Origin: the human T2T-CHM13v2.0 reference genome, Homo sapiens
NCBI RefSeq assembly: GCF_009914755.1
Contig: NC_060929.1
Length of the DNA stretch: 64,000 bases
Strand: one strand, 5' to 3'
Made by a program: the position numbers and the translations under genes. The notes beneath the pieces are model-generated. The model was not told the origin of the DNA and ran no database searches. It saw only the letters and a list, made by a program, of their open reading frames with translations. Position 1 is the stretch's first letter; every line of letters starts with the position of its first letter. Below are positions 13,480 to 32,919 of the stretch, in pieces.

Positions 13480-16400
13480 GTATATTTACAATTATCGTAT
13501 CCTTTTGCTGAATTGACCCCTTTGTCATTATATAATGACCTTCTTTGTTTCCATATTTACAACCAGTAAACAATACAGTATTAAATTTGCAAGTACAAAA
13601 TTTGTTTTGTTTTTGGTGATATCTTCTTGTCTGTTTTAAACACTGGTAAGTAGTTTCTTGTATCTCAGACTAAGTACCCCATTTTTTTCTTATGCTATAT
13701 ACCTAAAGGTAAAAACAGCAGTTTTTGTCAGTTACTGGTTAATAATATTTTATTAATTTTGAAGACATAATATGTTAAAGCTGTGTGAGGAAAGGCAAAA
13801 GAATGGCTTGGAATTGTGGAGTGTCTATCTTAAAATATTAGGGTTTTTGGTATTCTTAACTTTAACCACAAGAGGTCTCCAAAGGATTTGATATTTTGTG
13901 AATTACTGTTTAATGGTTACTAAAATCTTCACATTTCTTTTTATATCTGAAAGTACAGGTTTATTTACTTTGTATCATATTGTGACTTAGAACAAATATT
14001 AGAGATGATAGTAATCTAAAATTATTACTCCTAAATAATGATACACTATCAATTTTTCTTAGATTATTTATTTTTATTTATGTAAAGTATGTTTGTAAGA
14101 TTTCAGCCTGTGTCTTAGGGAATCAGTCTTACTATCTTGTTACACTTTCTTTTGTTGTAAAAATGTAGAGAAAGAAACAAATGGAAAGCAATAGTCTCGA
14201 GCCCTTTATCAATTGCAGTTAAGGTTGCTTTAGCTTAGAAATGTTGTATGTTTATAGAAATGGTTGAGAGGAAAGCTTTAGAAAGCGATAAACAAATAAT
14301 ATTTACTAGTTCTCAAGGAAACTGACTTTTCAGGTGAATCAGGTGAACATCACAAATGACACTCAATTTTGCGTTCAAAGAAATGAGAGCTTCCTGAGCA
14401 CTGGCATAGCCAAGGAAGGCTGTATGAAGGAGGTGGGGTAGGCTGGTACATTTGCAGAATAGAAGGCTTTGAGTTGGTAATGGGGAGGGGGGAAGGGTAT
14501 GTTGTGTGTGTATGGAAATGATATGAGGTCTGAGGCACACAGGCTGGAAATATTAGAGAAGTGTGAAGACAGAAGGGAGATTTCTCTGATTAGAGGGAAC
14601 TTTCATGTTGAGAATTGAGAAAGAAAGGGTGAAGGCCTATGAAATCCAGCAAACTGGTATGGATTCCTGTAGAAGGCAGTAAGGTTTCTGGGAAAAGGAA
14701 TGGCATGATAGAAGGGAAGAGATGAGTGTACTGCCTAGATGGGACAGTTGAATTTTAAAAATAAATATTTCCCTAAAGGAAAAAGCGGATACAGAGAAAA
14801 GAATCAGATCAAGGAGCTTAGAGAATGCCAATAGTTGGGAATAGGAGCAAGAATACAAACAGAAGGGGAGGAATTAAAGAGCTAGGTGGAGAACCAGGAC
14901 AAGGTAGGGATGTGTAGTTATAATTTGTCACACGTGGTATAACCAATGATGTGAGCTAATTTTTTACATTATTGACTCTGTTATAGTTTACTGAAACTGT
15001 ATGACATTCAGAAAGATACTTGGTTAAAAACTAGCCTTAGCTCATTGATATCATTTGAAAAAGACATGTGGAAGAATGTCCTGTGGTACCACAGTGACTT
15101 TAGCTATCTGACCTTTGAAATAAATGCTTGAACACATAAGTGCTTCCTCAAAGATAGATGTGTATGCTGCAGATTTAAAGAAAACATTGAAATCTTAATG
15201 TTGGGGAATAAGAATAACCTCTACTATGTTTACTTTCAGTGTTAGAAATACCTTATTATTATGTCTTTTTGGCCACAGAGAGCCTTACATCATCTGAGGT
15301 TTAACCAAAAGTATTATCTAACATGATTCTTTATGCGGAGGCATAGTACCACCTGAATGTCACTTATGGTGACACGTGTTTGAAATTACCATAGTAGCAT
15401 TTTCATTTTGTGTTCATCTCTTATTAAATTAATTTATATAGTAGAAATCACTTATTACTTTATGTTATTGTACTTTGACTTTCAAGTTTTTAATGGAAAA
15501 TATTTAGCAGAGTTTTGGTGCCAAAATGAAGTGATAACTGTGAGACTATATAATTATCAGAGGAATTGTTATGCAAATTAGGTATCTGTGTTATGACTGA
15601 AGTCCAACTTCTTTCTAATGTCATTTGAATTAAACATTAGTATAAAGGTTTCAATTTTTTTTTTTTTAAAGAATGAGAGTAAAAGAAACAACAGGTCTTA
15701 CTCATTAATTTGGTTAAGAGGAAGTGCTTCACACATACGAAATGTTATTAAGTGGTCGGTACTTGATGGTACCAATTTCGTGATTGCAGTGTTACAGTTC
15801 TATCAAAGTTTAATAAGCTCAATTCTGTGGGTTCATATGAAGTCATTTCAATATAATTCTTAGATATTTAGAGCCAAGTAAATGTGGAATGGCATACCAA
15901 ACAGTGGGTAGCATATAGATATGAATAACATGGTGCCTAAATTAGGTGGGAAGGTGGGACTGGGTAGAAAGAGGGCATTCCAGGAAGTGTGGTCACAGGA
16001 TGAGAAAAGGGAATTGGGAACATCGAGTTGACTGGAGTGTTAGGAAAATATGGGTCAAGAGTAGCCTGCAACAGAATGTAGTGCAGAAGAGCTGTTCAGT
16101 GAGTATTTGCTGAATGATTATGTTTAAGGCCAGAGAGGAAGACTGGAGCTGTTTCATTGAGGATGCTGGCTGGGCACTAGTGGGAGGAGCTTATACTTTA
16201 TTTAGATGTTTCTCAAATTTGGCCTACCAACCTTTTAATTTACTACTTTGTGTTAGAATTTTCTTATTTAAATTTGTTAAATTATAATTTTAAAATTTAC
16301 AAAGTTAATACATGTTTGTTGTAAAAGTGAAAAAAGTCTATTTTAAAGGAAAAAATAATTCTTGCTAACCTCCTCACCCATTTCACTTAAATTAGTTTTA

Positions 16401-16804
16401 TTATAATGTGACTTAAATATTTATAAACTGAAAACTTAGTGCTCTAGGTTTTATACCTATTTTAACAGGAATAAAGTCCAAGCAAAATTTGAGATTAAAG
16501 TAAATGTATGAAACAAATAAAATATAAATGAATGATTGTTTGGTATGAAGGGTGATGTTCTGCTGCTAAAAATAAACTGTTCCTACCAGTTCAAGGGGAT
16601 ATATCCCCAACGGAAGACCGAGTTCTTTTTTTTTTTTTTTGATCTTTATTTTATTTTATTTTATTTTGAGCAGTTTGAGGCTCACAGCAAAGTTGAGAGT
16701 AAGGTACAGAATAAAAGTGTCATATCATCAGTATTCTCCACCAGATCCTGTGCTATGATATTGCTGTAATATGCTGTGTAAAGGCTCAAACCTTTCCTGC
16801 ATGA

Positions 16805-17526
<722 letters not shown>

Positions 17527-17699
17527 ATCCAGTTCAATTTTAAAACTACTGTTTTATTTTTCTCATTAAACTTTAACCGTTAAGTGCTCCTTATTACTAA
17601 TGTGATCTTAAACATAAACAGAAATGCAGAAACTGAAGCACGTAGCAATATTCATTTTAAAAGCTGATAATCCAGTTGATCTAAGACCTTAACCTAAGA

Positions 17700-17815
17700 T
17701 CATGAAATCAGTTCGGTAGGTTGTGACTAACATTTTAAAAAAATACAGTAGAAGTTACCAGAGTATATCACGTGTAGTAAGGGTAAGTATTTCATGAAAT
17801 TCCTTTTTTTCAGTT
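17700..17815. mobile_element. hAT-Charlie-type DNA transposon fragment
   Basis: CAGAGTATATCACGTGTAGTAAGGGTAAGTATT resembles recalled Charlie4-like consensus. Confidence 0.45.
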
Positions 17816-18442
17816 TTATCTGTTTATAGATAATCTGTCTGTATATGCCTTCTAATCCTCTCTCCAATTCCTATCATGTTTGTAATTGTCCATGAAAATA
17901 ATTAAACTCATAATTTAATATATTAATATGATTAATAAATGTTATTCATAGATTATTTTATATATACATTCTTATTACCTGAAACTGATCAGATACTGCC
18001 CAGAAATATATTTTTGAATAGCACAACTGAAAAGTAGTTAATATTTAGACTACGTATTTAAAATCCTAAAGCTGACATGATTCACAGACCAGATATTGCC
18101 TACATAGAAAATCTAGAAGTGACAAATTATCAGAAGTAATAAGAATTCAGCAATGCCATTAAATATAAGATCAGTTTATAAAAATGAATAGTGTTTCAGT
18201 ACAGCAGCAACAAATAGAAAATGAAAAAAATTTTAAAAGATACTATTTAAAATAGCAACCACAATAATATTATCTAAGACTCTATTTACCAAAAAGAAAA
18301 TAAGGTCTTAACGAAAATTTGGAAACTTTACTGAAAGATATTAAAGAACTAAATAAATACTGGAAAGATGCAACACGTTCATGAATGGAAAGATTCAGCA
18401 TAAAGATATCAGTTCTCCTTAATATAAATTCAATGCAATTCT

Positions 18443-18497
18443 TTTTTTTTTTTAAATAACAATTTTGTGAGTACATAGTAGGGTACAAGAGATGTTT
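18443..18497 (-). mobile_element. ~55-bp extremely 5'-truncated L1MA insertion
   Basis: poly-T + TTTTGTGAGTACATAGTAGG...; 14-bp TSD TTCA(A/G)TGCAATTCT. Confidence 0.7.
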
Positions 18498-18643
18498 TTC
18501 AGTGCAATTCTAATCAAAAGGGCAATGAGGTTTTTCACAGAAACTGACAAGCTGCTTTTAAAAAGATAGATCAAAGGGCCAATAATAAGTAAGACAGCAC
18601 TGAAAGACTTAGAGCTATTTGCCCTATCAAAACTCAAAACTTA

Positions 18644-21010
<2,367 letters not shown>

Positions 21011-21259
21011 TCATGCATACATAGGAAGTTCATATGGCAGAGATGGCATTAGACATCCTGGGAGGGAGGGATTATTCAACTGATGCTGCAGGGACAAACA
21101 GCTTTCCATACTGTAAAATTAAACCCTACTTCAGACCATACAGAAAATTTCAGTTGGAAAATATATATGTATTCATTACCTCAGGATCTGAAAAGATATC
21201 CTATAAATGACATACACAAAAAGCACAAATCAAAGGAAGTAATTAGTAAGTCATGTAGC

Positions 21260-23680
<2,421 letters not shown>

Positions 23681-24857
23681 TCAATCAAGATCTTATTTTA
23701 GAGATTGCTCTATGTATAAATGAACTTTGCTTCCTTGGTGTTATTTTGATCTAATTATAATAAAATTTGGACTTAGATTATATTGATAATGCCAGTGTGC
23801 AAATTTTAACTGCAATAGAATTGAATTTTGCACATGGGTGAATCTGATTGAGAAAAAGAAAATCCTATTTTTTATAATTAAAAAACTGCTTTTAATATTT
23901 TTAGTGCTGTTTACAGTTTAAGAATGTTAGTATATTTTTAAAAGCACAACCAGTGGGGAAAATTCTATCCCTTTTCTTGGCAAATTAACAATCTAAGCAT
24001 ACAAAAATTTATAGGAAAATTTTGCCAGCTCTCCATCAGAGTGCTGTCATGATGATTAGTTCATATTTCCTTCTTACGAAGCTTGCCCTTTCTTGTTTAT
24101 CACCCACAGAAAAGCATCAAAGTTAAAAATTAAAAGTATTTGAAGGAACCTCCATACCAAGTGGATTCAGAGAGCCCAGAGGTCAGAAATCGTGCAGAGT
24201 CTTATGTTGACAGAGGAATGGCCCTGCCATAAGAAAGGTGCCTGAGTTATACAAGGTGTTGGCAGCTGGAGCCAAGTTACACCTGGTTTACTTACCTGAT
24301 ATAATTTTAAGTGCTTCACAAATAACGTTTTTTACCTTCATAGTTAAATATTTACTTAAGGTATATTAAAAACATATAATCAGTGAATCAAACCTGTGAT
24401 TTCATAAATGTGTTGCAAAGAAAGATTCTTAAGTTGGTATTTGAGTTAAAAATGTGAGTTAACTTAACAAGAACTATCAGGTTATAGTAGTGATGTCCTT
24501 ACAAATATGTCAGTATTATTGAAGGTAAAGGGGAATGACTGAAGTTAAGGAAACATGTTGGAGCAATTGTAAAGGCAATGTGTGTCACATTTTCTGCCAC
24601 TTGTCATTTAGATTGTGTAAGCTAAATCTAGTATAAGTGGGACCATTGTTTGAATGAAAAAAAATCCAAACTTGAGATGTAGAGAAATATAGATGAATTT
24701 GAAGCCCAGAAAGGACATTTAAGCTCTCTTAAGATGAGTTACTCCATTTTTTATAGTAGCTCACCTTTTTAAAGGTATTTTATCCTGCTGTCAAGTTTAT
24801 TTTATTAAATTGGATACCAGGAAATTCTAATTGATTTTTTTATATCAAACAAATCGA

Positions 24858-25150
24858 TGTTATTTATTTATTTTTGAGACGGGGTCTCACTCTTCCTCAG
24901 GCTGGAGTATGGTGGCACCATCGTGGTTCACTGTAGCCTTGACCCCCCAGGCTCAAGCAATCCTCCCACCTCAACCTCCTGAGTAGCTGGGACTGCAGGT
25001 GTGCTCAACCACACCCAGCTAATTTTTTTTGTAGAGATGAGGCCTCTCTATGTCTTCTATACTGGTTTTAAACTCCTGGGCTCAAGCAATCCACCCACCT
25101 TGGCCTCCCCAAAATGTTGGAATTACAAGCGTGGACCATTGCGCCTGGCC
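24858..25150 (-). mobile_element. AluJ
   Basis: Diverged antisense Alu. Confidence 0.88.
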
Positions 25151-25608
25151 AAAATCTGCATTTTGATGGATGTTTCCAGTAGATTCTCAAGTTGTTGATA
25201 CATCTTCTAAGTTGAACATTATTATACAGTCATTCATTTATTCATCCTTAAACACAGTTATTGAGTGGCTGCTGTGCGCCAGCTTTGTTACTAGGTGGCA
25301 AGGATACAGAAATGAGAAAGATCCCTCCTTTCCAAGTTCTTATAGTCTAGAGGGGAGGTAGTCATGGAAATAATTGTAATGAAAGCGCTGGTTGAAAATA
25401 TCTTAGAGTTACTGGCAGCCCTTGAGCATCATGCTAGTTTGCTAGAGGGGTGTGTTAGAATTGAGACTGGAAGAATGAATGCCAGTCAGGTGGAGGTGTG
25501 AGAGAGCGTGCTTTTCTTAGGAAGCAGAAACTAGTTTGGCTGGGTTACTCTGCCAGCATGAGCAGGCAACCTGAGGCAGGACAGACGTGTTTTGGAGAGA
25601 AAGGGTGT

Positions 25609-25928
25609 ATAAAGCTGGAAACCATCATTCTCAGCAAACTGTCGCAAGGACAAAAAACCAAACACCGCATGTTCTCACTCATAGGTGGGAATTGAACAAT
25701 GAGAACACTTGGACACAGGAAGGGGAACCTCACACACCGGGGGGCCTGTTGTGGGGTGGTGGGGGGGACGGATAGCATTAGGAGATATACCTAATGTAAA
25801 TGACAAGTTAATGGGTGCAGCATACCAACATGGCACATGTATACATATGTAACAAACCTGCACGTTGTGCACATGTACCCTAGAACTTAAAGTATAATAA
25901 AAATATACAAATAAATAAAAAATAAAAA
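25609..25928 (+). mobile_element. Young primate L1PA (PA4/5-like) 3' end
   Basis: KLETIILSKLSQGQKTKHRMFSLIGGN* ORF2 C-terminus, G-rich 3'UTR, CTTAAAGTATAATAAAA and A-rich tail. Confidence 0.93.
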
Positions 25929-26139
25929 GAGAATCAAGAGTGAAACGGTGGAGTGAGAAAGCGGCATTACACAGGGCCTGGATAAAGAGTTTCCTGTGAC
26001 AGAGACTGAGCTGAGATGGCTGGTGATGGGGACCGTAGCCTAGTGACCCTTTGTGTACCCAGCACCTATCAAAGTAGCTCACACATAATAGGTGCTTAAT
26101 AAATGCTTGGTAAATGAATGATTAAATAAGTGATGTTTA

Positions 26140-26558
<419 letters not shown>

Positions 26559-27045
26559 TTAACATATATGGTAATCAATGTCTATTTACATTATATAGAT
26601 TTACATTATACAGATGTAGCCAATTCATTTACTCTTTTGGAAAGATCATATTGATTTCTTATCGTTTTTTCCCCATTATGTTTATTTCTTTAAAAAATTT
26701 TTTAATATCACTGTAAATTGATTGAAGCATCCTGACATTTCCATAGATATTCCTTTACAGCAAATATTAATGGGATCTACATGGCTAAGTTACTGTTTAA
26801 AGATTGATATTGATGATAACTAGGCACTAGCCTCCCCTCTGGCGCTTGAAACCTTTTCTGTTGTGGTATTCGTAGGAAATCTCTTTTTTTCTTTATATTT
26901 TGTCTTCCCCATTTTCCTCATTCCTCTTTTCGAGAGCAGAAGATAAATATAAAGTTGACTACTTTGTCATTCTGTTTCATTATGTTTATTAGACGGTAGT
27001 TTCACTTAACTATTTAGATAATCTAGAATTAGAAAATAAATTGTG

Positions 27046-27318
<273 letters not shown>

Positions 27319-29439
27319 TCAATTCTGGTAGTAGAGATGGTAGTGACTAAATGGAAGAAATAAATCTCATATGCTGTAGGAAAATGTTTGCCACTGGGAA
27401 ACCATTTAAAGAGGAAGTGTTATTAGTATTAAAAAATCTGTCATTTTGAAATTTCTTTTTAAAAATTACATTAATTTCTTCCCTGGTGGTAATGCCATTG
27501 TATTTTCAGTAGGTTTTTTTTTTAGTCCTGATACTTTTTGTATATCTAGCTAGCAATTTTAATGGATGTGCTTAACTCATGAAAATCCAGATTTTAAAAC
27601 ATGATAAGTTAATAGGTGATAGTTATTTTATAAGAACATTTGCCATGAGTTTATTTAAAGAATGAGAGCTTCTTTGTGCATTTTCATCAAGTGCATTCTC
27701 CTCAGGAATATATCTCCTTGAAAAGAAAAAATGGGGTGTATTTGCAGTAGGTTTATTGATAGTCGAATAGGAAGAAACAGCATTTGAGAAGTGTGGAGAA
27801 AAGATCTTCCTGATTACTACAGAGACCTCCTAAAGTGGGGCCAGACTGCTTGAACAGAAAGTTTGGAAGCAATTGTGTGAGGTGTGCTGCATTTGTTTTA
27901 CTAATTCGACTTGATTTTTGTAAATACACCTGTTCATTTGGGTTTGAGGATTTAATTGCATAAAGACTCTTTATTTAGCTAAAGCGTCTTGTCCTCACGG
28001 CTTTTCCCAGAAGTTTGTGTTATAAATGTTAATATATTAAAAGTGCTTTTAAATGATTTATTATTAGCATCTTAAAAAAATCCTACACTAAATATTAAAG
28101 TAGTCTTTATTATTTCAGGTGAAGGCAAAGGGAAACAGTACGAGTTGCAAGGTAGGGGGTAAATGGAAAGGAAGAAAAAGGAAAGACAGGAGATGAAGGG
28201 AAAGATTGAGTCCCATCATTCTTGAAGACACATTGTTCATGGCTTCAATAACCCTGGCACAGCCCTCTGAAGAAAGTGTAGTTATCCTCTTCTTTCTGCA
28301 AGGAGGCAGAGATGCTGTGAACCTCTCTTGAAGTTACAGGATCACTTAGGTAGTAAGTGGCAAAGCCCACTAGAGCCCTAACCCTGTTTGATACTGGTGA
28401 GTTCACCTGCTATCATTAAGGTGTAACCTGACAGCAATGTAAAAGACAAAAATCCCCCTTCACTGAACTCCAAATACAGTTACTGTCTGTCCTCAGGATC
28501 TCTTTATTTTTTTCTTCTCCTTTTCATGGTTCAAGGAGAGATCCCTTTTAATCTCTTCCCTTCCAGCAAAGCTTCCTTTCACTTTCTACCTGAAGTCAAA
28601 AACTTGAGGCCAGCTTAGTTCAGAGCTCCTCTGGGCTTGCTTATCTCCCAGCCTTTGTGGACTCCTTCTTGTCCATTTGTCTTTGTAATGACTTCTTCCT
28701 GTCGAACCTCCCTGCTGAAGGGAGACTTCTTACTAATTTCTCTTATTTTCCCTGCTTGCTTGCTTTGAGATTATTTTCTTATCTCTTGTTTTCAGGCCAG
28801 GAATTTCTTCCTCCTGCCAGCTTTTTTGTGAATCCTTTTTAACCTCTGGCCCAAGTCTTGATCCCTAAAGCAGTAAAAGCCTATGGAGGCCTGGTATGGT
28901 TTTTCTGTACAGTTTTTCCTCCCTCCCTTCTTTTTCTACCCTTCTTTCTGAAAAAACAACAGAAACAAAAAAAACCCAAAAACCCTCTGATACTTGATTT
29001 TGTATCAATAATCAATATACATTAATATAAAATTTATTAATATAAATTGACTTAATATACACAATACTGAGTTTTTTCCAGGCTTTTGTGGAAGCTCCCC
29101 ACTGCAGTCCAGAATGCTCCGTGACCAGGTCCTAGGATTCTTTCCCTTGGTGCCATTGTGACTGCTCCCTTATTTTATACCTTCAGCTCTGTCCAGTTCT
29201 CTTCTTGGCCTGGCTGAGCTGGGCTCTGCACCTCATGGGAGTGGACATGAATCCTGAACACACCATGTGGGTGTACTGGGTTGTCCCCAACCTTAATGTG
29301 AAGGCAAGTTTAGAGAAGAATGCATGATGAGTGGGCTTGCATGCCTCCCTGATGGCCATATGGGAGCATGACCACACCACAGGGTTAGTCCTTACCTGGT
29401 GGGAGCCACTGGGAGCAGAGGAGTGCTAGGTATCGCATG

Positions 29440-29530
29440 GCATATTTAAGATAGTTTGTGTCCAGCCATGACATTTCAAGTGCTCATTAACTGCATGTGG
29501 TTAGTAGCTACTGTATAAGGCAATGTAGTT
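29440..29530. mobile_element. MER3/MER33-like DNA transposon end
   Basis: ACATTTCAAGTGCTCATTAACTGCATGTGGTTAGTAGCTAC. Confidence 0.6.
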
Positions 29531-29658
29531 TTATAGACAGTAGCACAGCTGTATGCAAGAGATGGGCCTAGAAAGACAGGTAACACTTAACTAGACAGAT
29601 TTGGGGGAAAATACATTCCTCAATGAAAGCAAAGTTTAAACAAGGTTGAAATAATTTA

Positions 29659-30069
<411 letters not shown>

Positions 30070-31879
30070 TTACAATTATTATTTAATATGTCCATAATAA
30101 ATGACAGGTTTAGGAATGTACATTTGAATTGTGGTTCTGACTGAAACATTGGGCAGTTGAGGAAGTACTTGATAAAGTGATTAGTGCCCTTTTTAAGTGT
30201 GAGCAATTTCTAGTTGCTAAGTCAGGGTATCATTTATGTATGAATTACCTTATAGGTAAGTATACTTTACATTCTTTTATGTAACTCCTAACTATCAACC
30301 TCCAGATATCACAAAGTTTACTTGTGGGTGATTAAATTGCTTAAGACAAGAGATTGCCCACCCATACAGAATTTCTATTGCTTCTGCCTTCCAGAGAACA
30401 GTGGGAGCAGCCTGGCCTGCAGGTTGATTGTCAGATTCTGCCTCCCTCCCACCTACTTATTCCTCCAGAGAGACACATAGCTTAGCCTCCTGTCACACTC
30501 TGTCATTTTCCTGGGGCTGCAGAGCAAAGGGCTCCCTCAGGTTAATTCTGAAGTCCTGTGTATGCTGAAGTCTGCTTGAAGAAGGAGAGAAGCTTCCATC
30601 TTGCATATTTCCTAATACTTTATCTTTCCTTCTGTAACAACAGTGCACAGATTTTACTTCAGGAATGTGTTTTTATTCACTCCTGCTGTTATCCTGTATA
30701 CTAAAGTAGTCCTTTGTCAATGTGCTGATGTGCTCTAGAAACATATAAAGAGTTTTTTTTTTAATTGGTTTGTTGACTGGACGTAAACACTAGTATAACA
30801 CTAAATCTAAGTGCAGAGAGTGGGCAGCCTGATTTTGTTCATAATCTCAGGGGAATCTTTTATAATGGGCCAGGAAGCACGTGTCTGTGGTTTCTGCATA
30901 GGGCGTGTTCTGTGGTGCCCAGCCAGCTGTAGTATGTCCTGCGAGATTTGGCCTGCAGGCCACAATGGTGGGCTTCTGGGAGGAAGAATCTTCCTTAGAA
31001 GTCCTGCCCTTTGACACTCCTTCTGCTGAAGTGTCCTGATCTCAGTGGGGCTCCCTGATTTTCTGTTCCGGGGTCTATCAGCACTGGGTCTATCAGTGCT
31101 ACCCACGCCGCCGTGACTGTGGGTCACTGAGGGTGACCTGCGTGGGTCCCATGGGCTCAGCCTGGCCTTCCCAGGTCCTACAAGGTCCTCCTTACTGTCC
31201 GTCCCTGCTCAGTCACCAAAGAATGACTTTTTTGAAAGTACAATTCCAGAGTTAAATACTGGCTAAGTGTAGAAAACAATACTGGAATTCAGTCTTCACC
31301 TCCACCAGTCCTCATGGTGAGATGAAGTGTTTATGGGTTTCTTTGTTGTAACCTCAAAAGTGGAATGCATTTCCTGGTTGGTGCTGCTTGCCCTCCAGGT
31401 GCTTAGTGAGTGAAGCTTCATCTTCCAGATTTCTCTTTGTGGCTTAGGGTATCTGTATGATTTTCCTGCTTTTGTTTTCAGAGGTGCTAGGCTGTGCTGA
31501 TCTCTCTGGAGTGATTATGGTGCTTTTTGCCTGGTAAGCCCATCCTTATGTGTAAAAATCAGGATTTAGATGTGAGGCAAATAAGGTGGTGGTGATTTTG
31601 TTTTACAGAGAGATTTTCACTTTGCAAACTTTTAGACCTTTTCAAATTCTAATTTGATTTGATGTATTTAAATAACAAGTTATGTAAAAACATTGAAATG
31701 ACCCATTTTACAGAAGTTTGGTTTACAAACCCATTGTTTGTGTAAGGTAACATACCTGAGGCCAGGAGCATGATACCTTTCCTCTAGTCTTGCCCTTGTC
31801 CCTCGCTTTGGGCTCCAGCTACATCAGAGTAATTGCCATGCTCACAACCCCATACAGTGAGAGCACAGAATAATGGTCT

Positions 31880-32070
31880 GGGTACAGTCTGGGGCCAGAC
31901 AGCCTGTGTTTGGACTCTATTTTTCTTACTACCTGTGAATCTTAACCTCTCCATGGCTCAGTTTCCCCATTCAAAAACAAGTATATGTTGATAGAACGTT
32001 TTATAGAGTAGCAAGCATTAAATGAGTTAATACAGTGCATGAAACATAGTGCTCATTAAATATTACCTCC
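31880..32070 (+). mobile_element. MIR
   Basis: CTTAACCTCTCCATGGCTCAGTTTCCCCAT...ATTAAATGAGTTAATA. Confidence 0.65.
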
Positions 32071-32285
32071 TGTTATTCATTCAGCATTTATTTCTCTACC
32101 ATTCTTAAGCTATTCTCACATTGTGCAATGCATTTTTGTCACATCTGTCTTTTTAAATATTCTGTATACTAACAGTCTTATTGCTTTCATGAAGCTGCCC
32201 TACAATTTCCAGTTGAGGTTCTAATCTTAGCTGTACATTGGGATTACATGTGGATTTTAAAAAATGCCGATGCCTGAGTTTTTGG

Positions 32286-32425
32286 CCTGTGCTAGAGCCG
32301 CTTGTAGCTGCTTGTAAGAATTGACTGTTATAGTTCCAGGACTTTGTACCAGACGGTGAAAGCATTGGTAACTTGAAATCAACTATGTTGGGAATATTTG
32401 CACTCGTAATTGGCAAATACTACCA
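32286..32425. mobile_element. MER63-like hAT DNA transposon fragment
   Basis: CATTGGTAACTTGAAATCAACTATGTTGGGAATATTTGCAC...AATTGGCAAATACTAC. Confidence 0.55.
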
Positions 32426-32510
32426 CAGCTCTCTCTTCAATCTGTTTGATGTTCTAGTGATTTGTTTATAAGCCTGTCTCTCTCAATAGGTGTTGACCAT
32501 TTTGGTGGAA

Positions 32511-32919
32511 TGTATTAGTTTGCCAGGGCTGCTGTAACAAAGTGCCACCAACTGAGGGCTTAAGCAACAGAAATTCATTATTTCATAGTTCTGGAGGATA
32601 GAAGTAAAAATATCAAAGTATGAACAGTATTGGCTCCTTCTTGAGGACTGTGAAGGAAGGATCTGTTCCAGGCCTCTCCTTGACTTGTAGACGGCCACCT
32701 CCTTCTTACGTCTCTTCATATCGTCTTTCCTCCATGCATGTCTCTGTGTCCATGTTTTCCCTTTTTACGTGGACACCGGTCATATTGGATTAGGGCCCAC
32801 CCTGATGGCCTCACTTTAACTCTCTGCAAAGACCCTATCTTCAAATAAAGTCACATTATATACTGAGGGTGTGGACTTCCACATTTGAATGTTATAGGGA
32901 CATAATTCAACTCATAACA
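32511..32919. mobile_element. MLT1 (MaLR) solo LTR
   Basis: TGTATTAGTTTGCCAGGGCTGCTGTAACAAAG...CATATTGGATTAGGGCCCACCC...AATTCAACTCATAACA. Confidence 0.85.

Noticed and set aside
30807-31127. 106-aa minus-strand ORF in the GC-richer island
   Set aside because: No recognisable homology or exon structure; length expected by chance at this GC content
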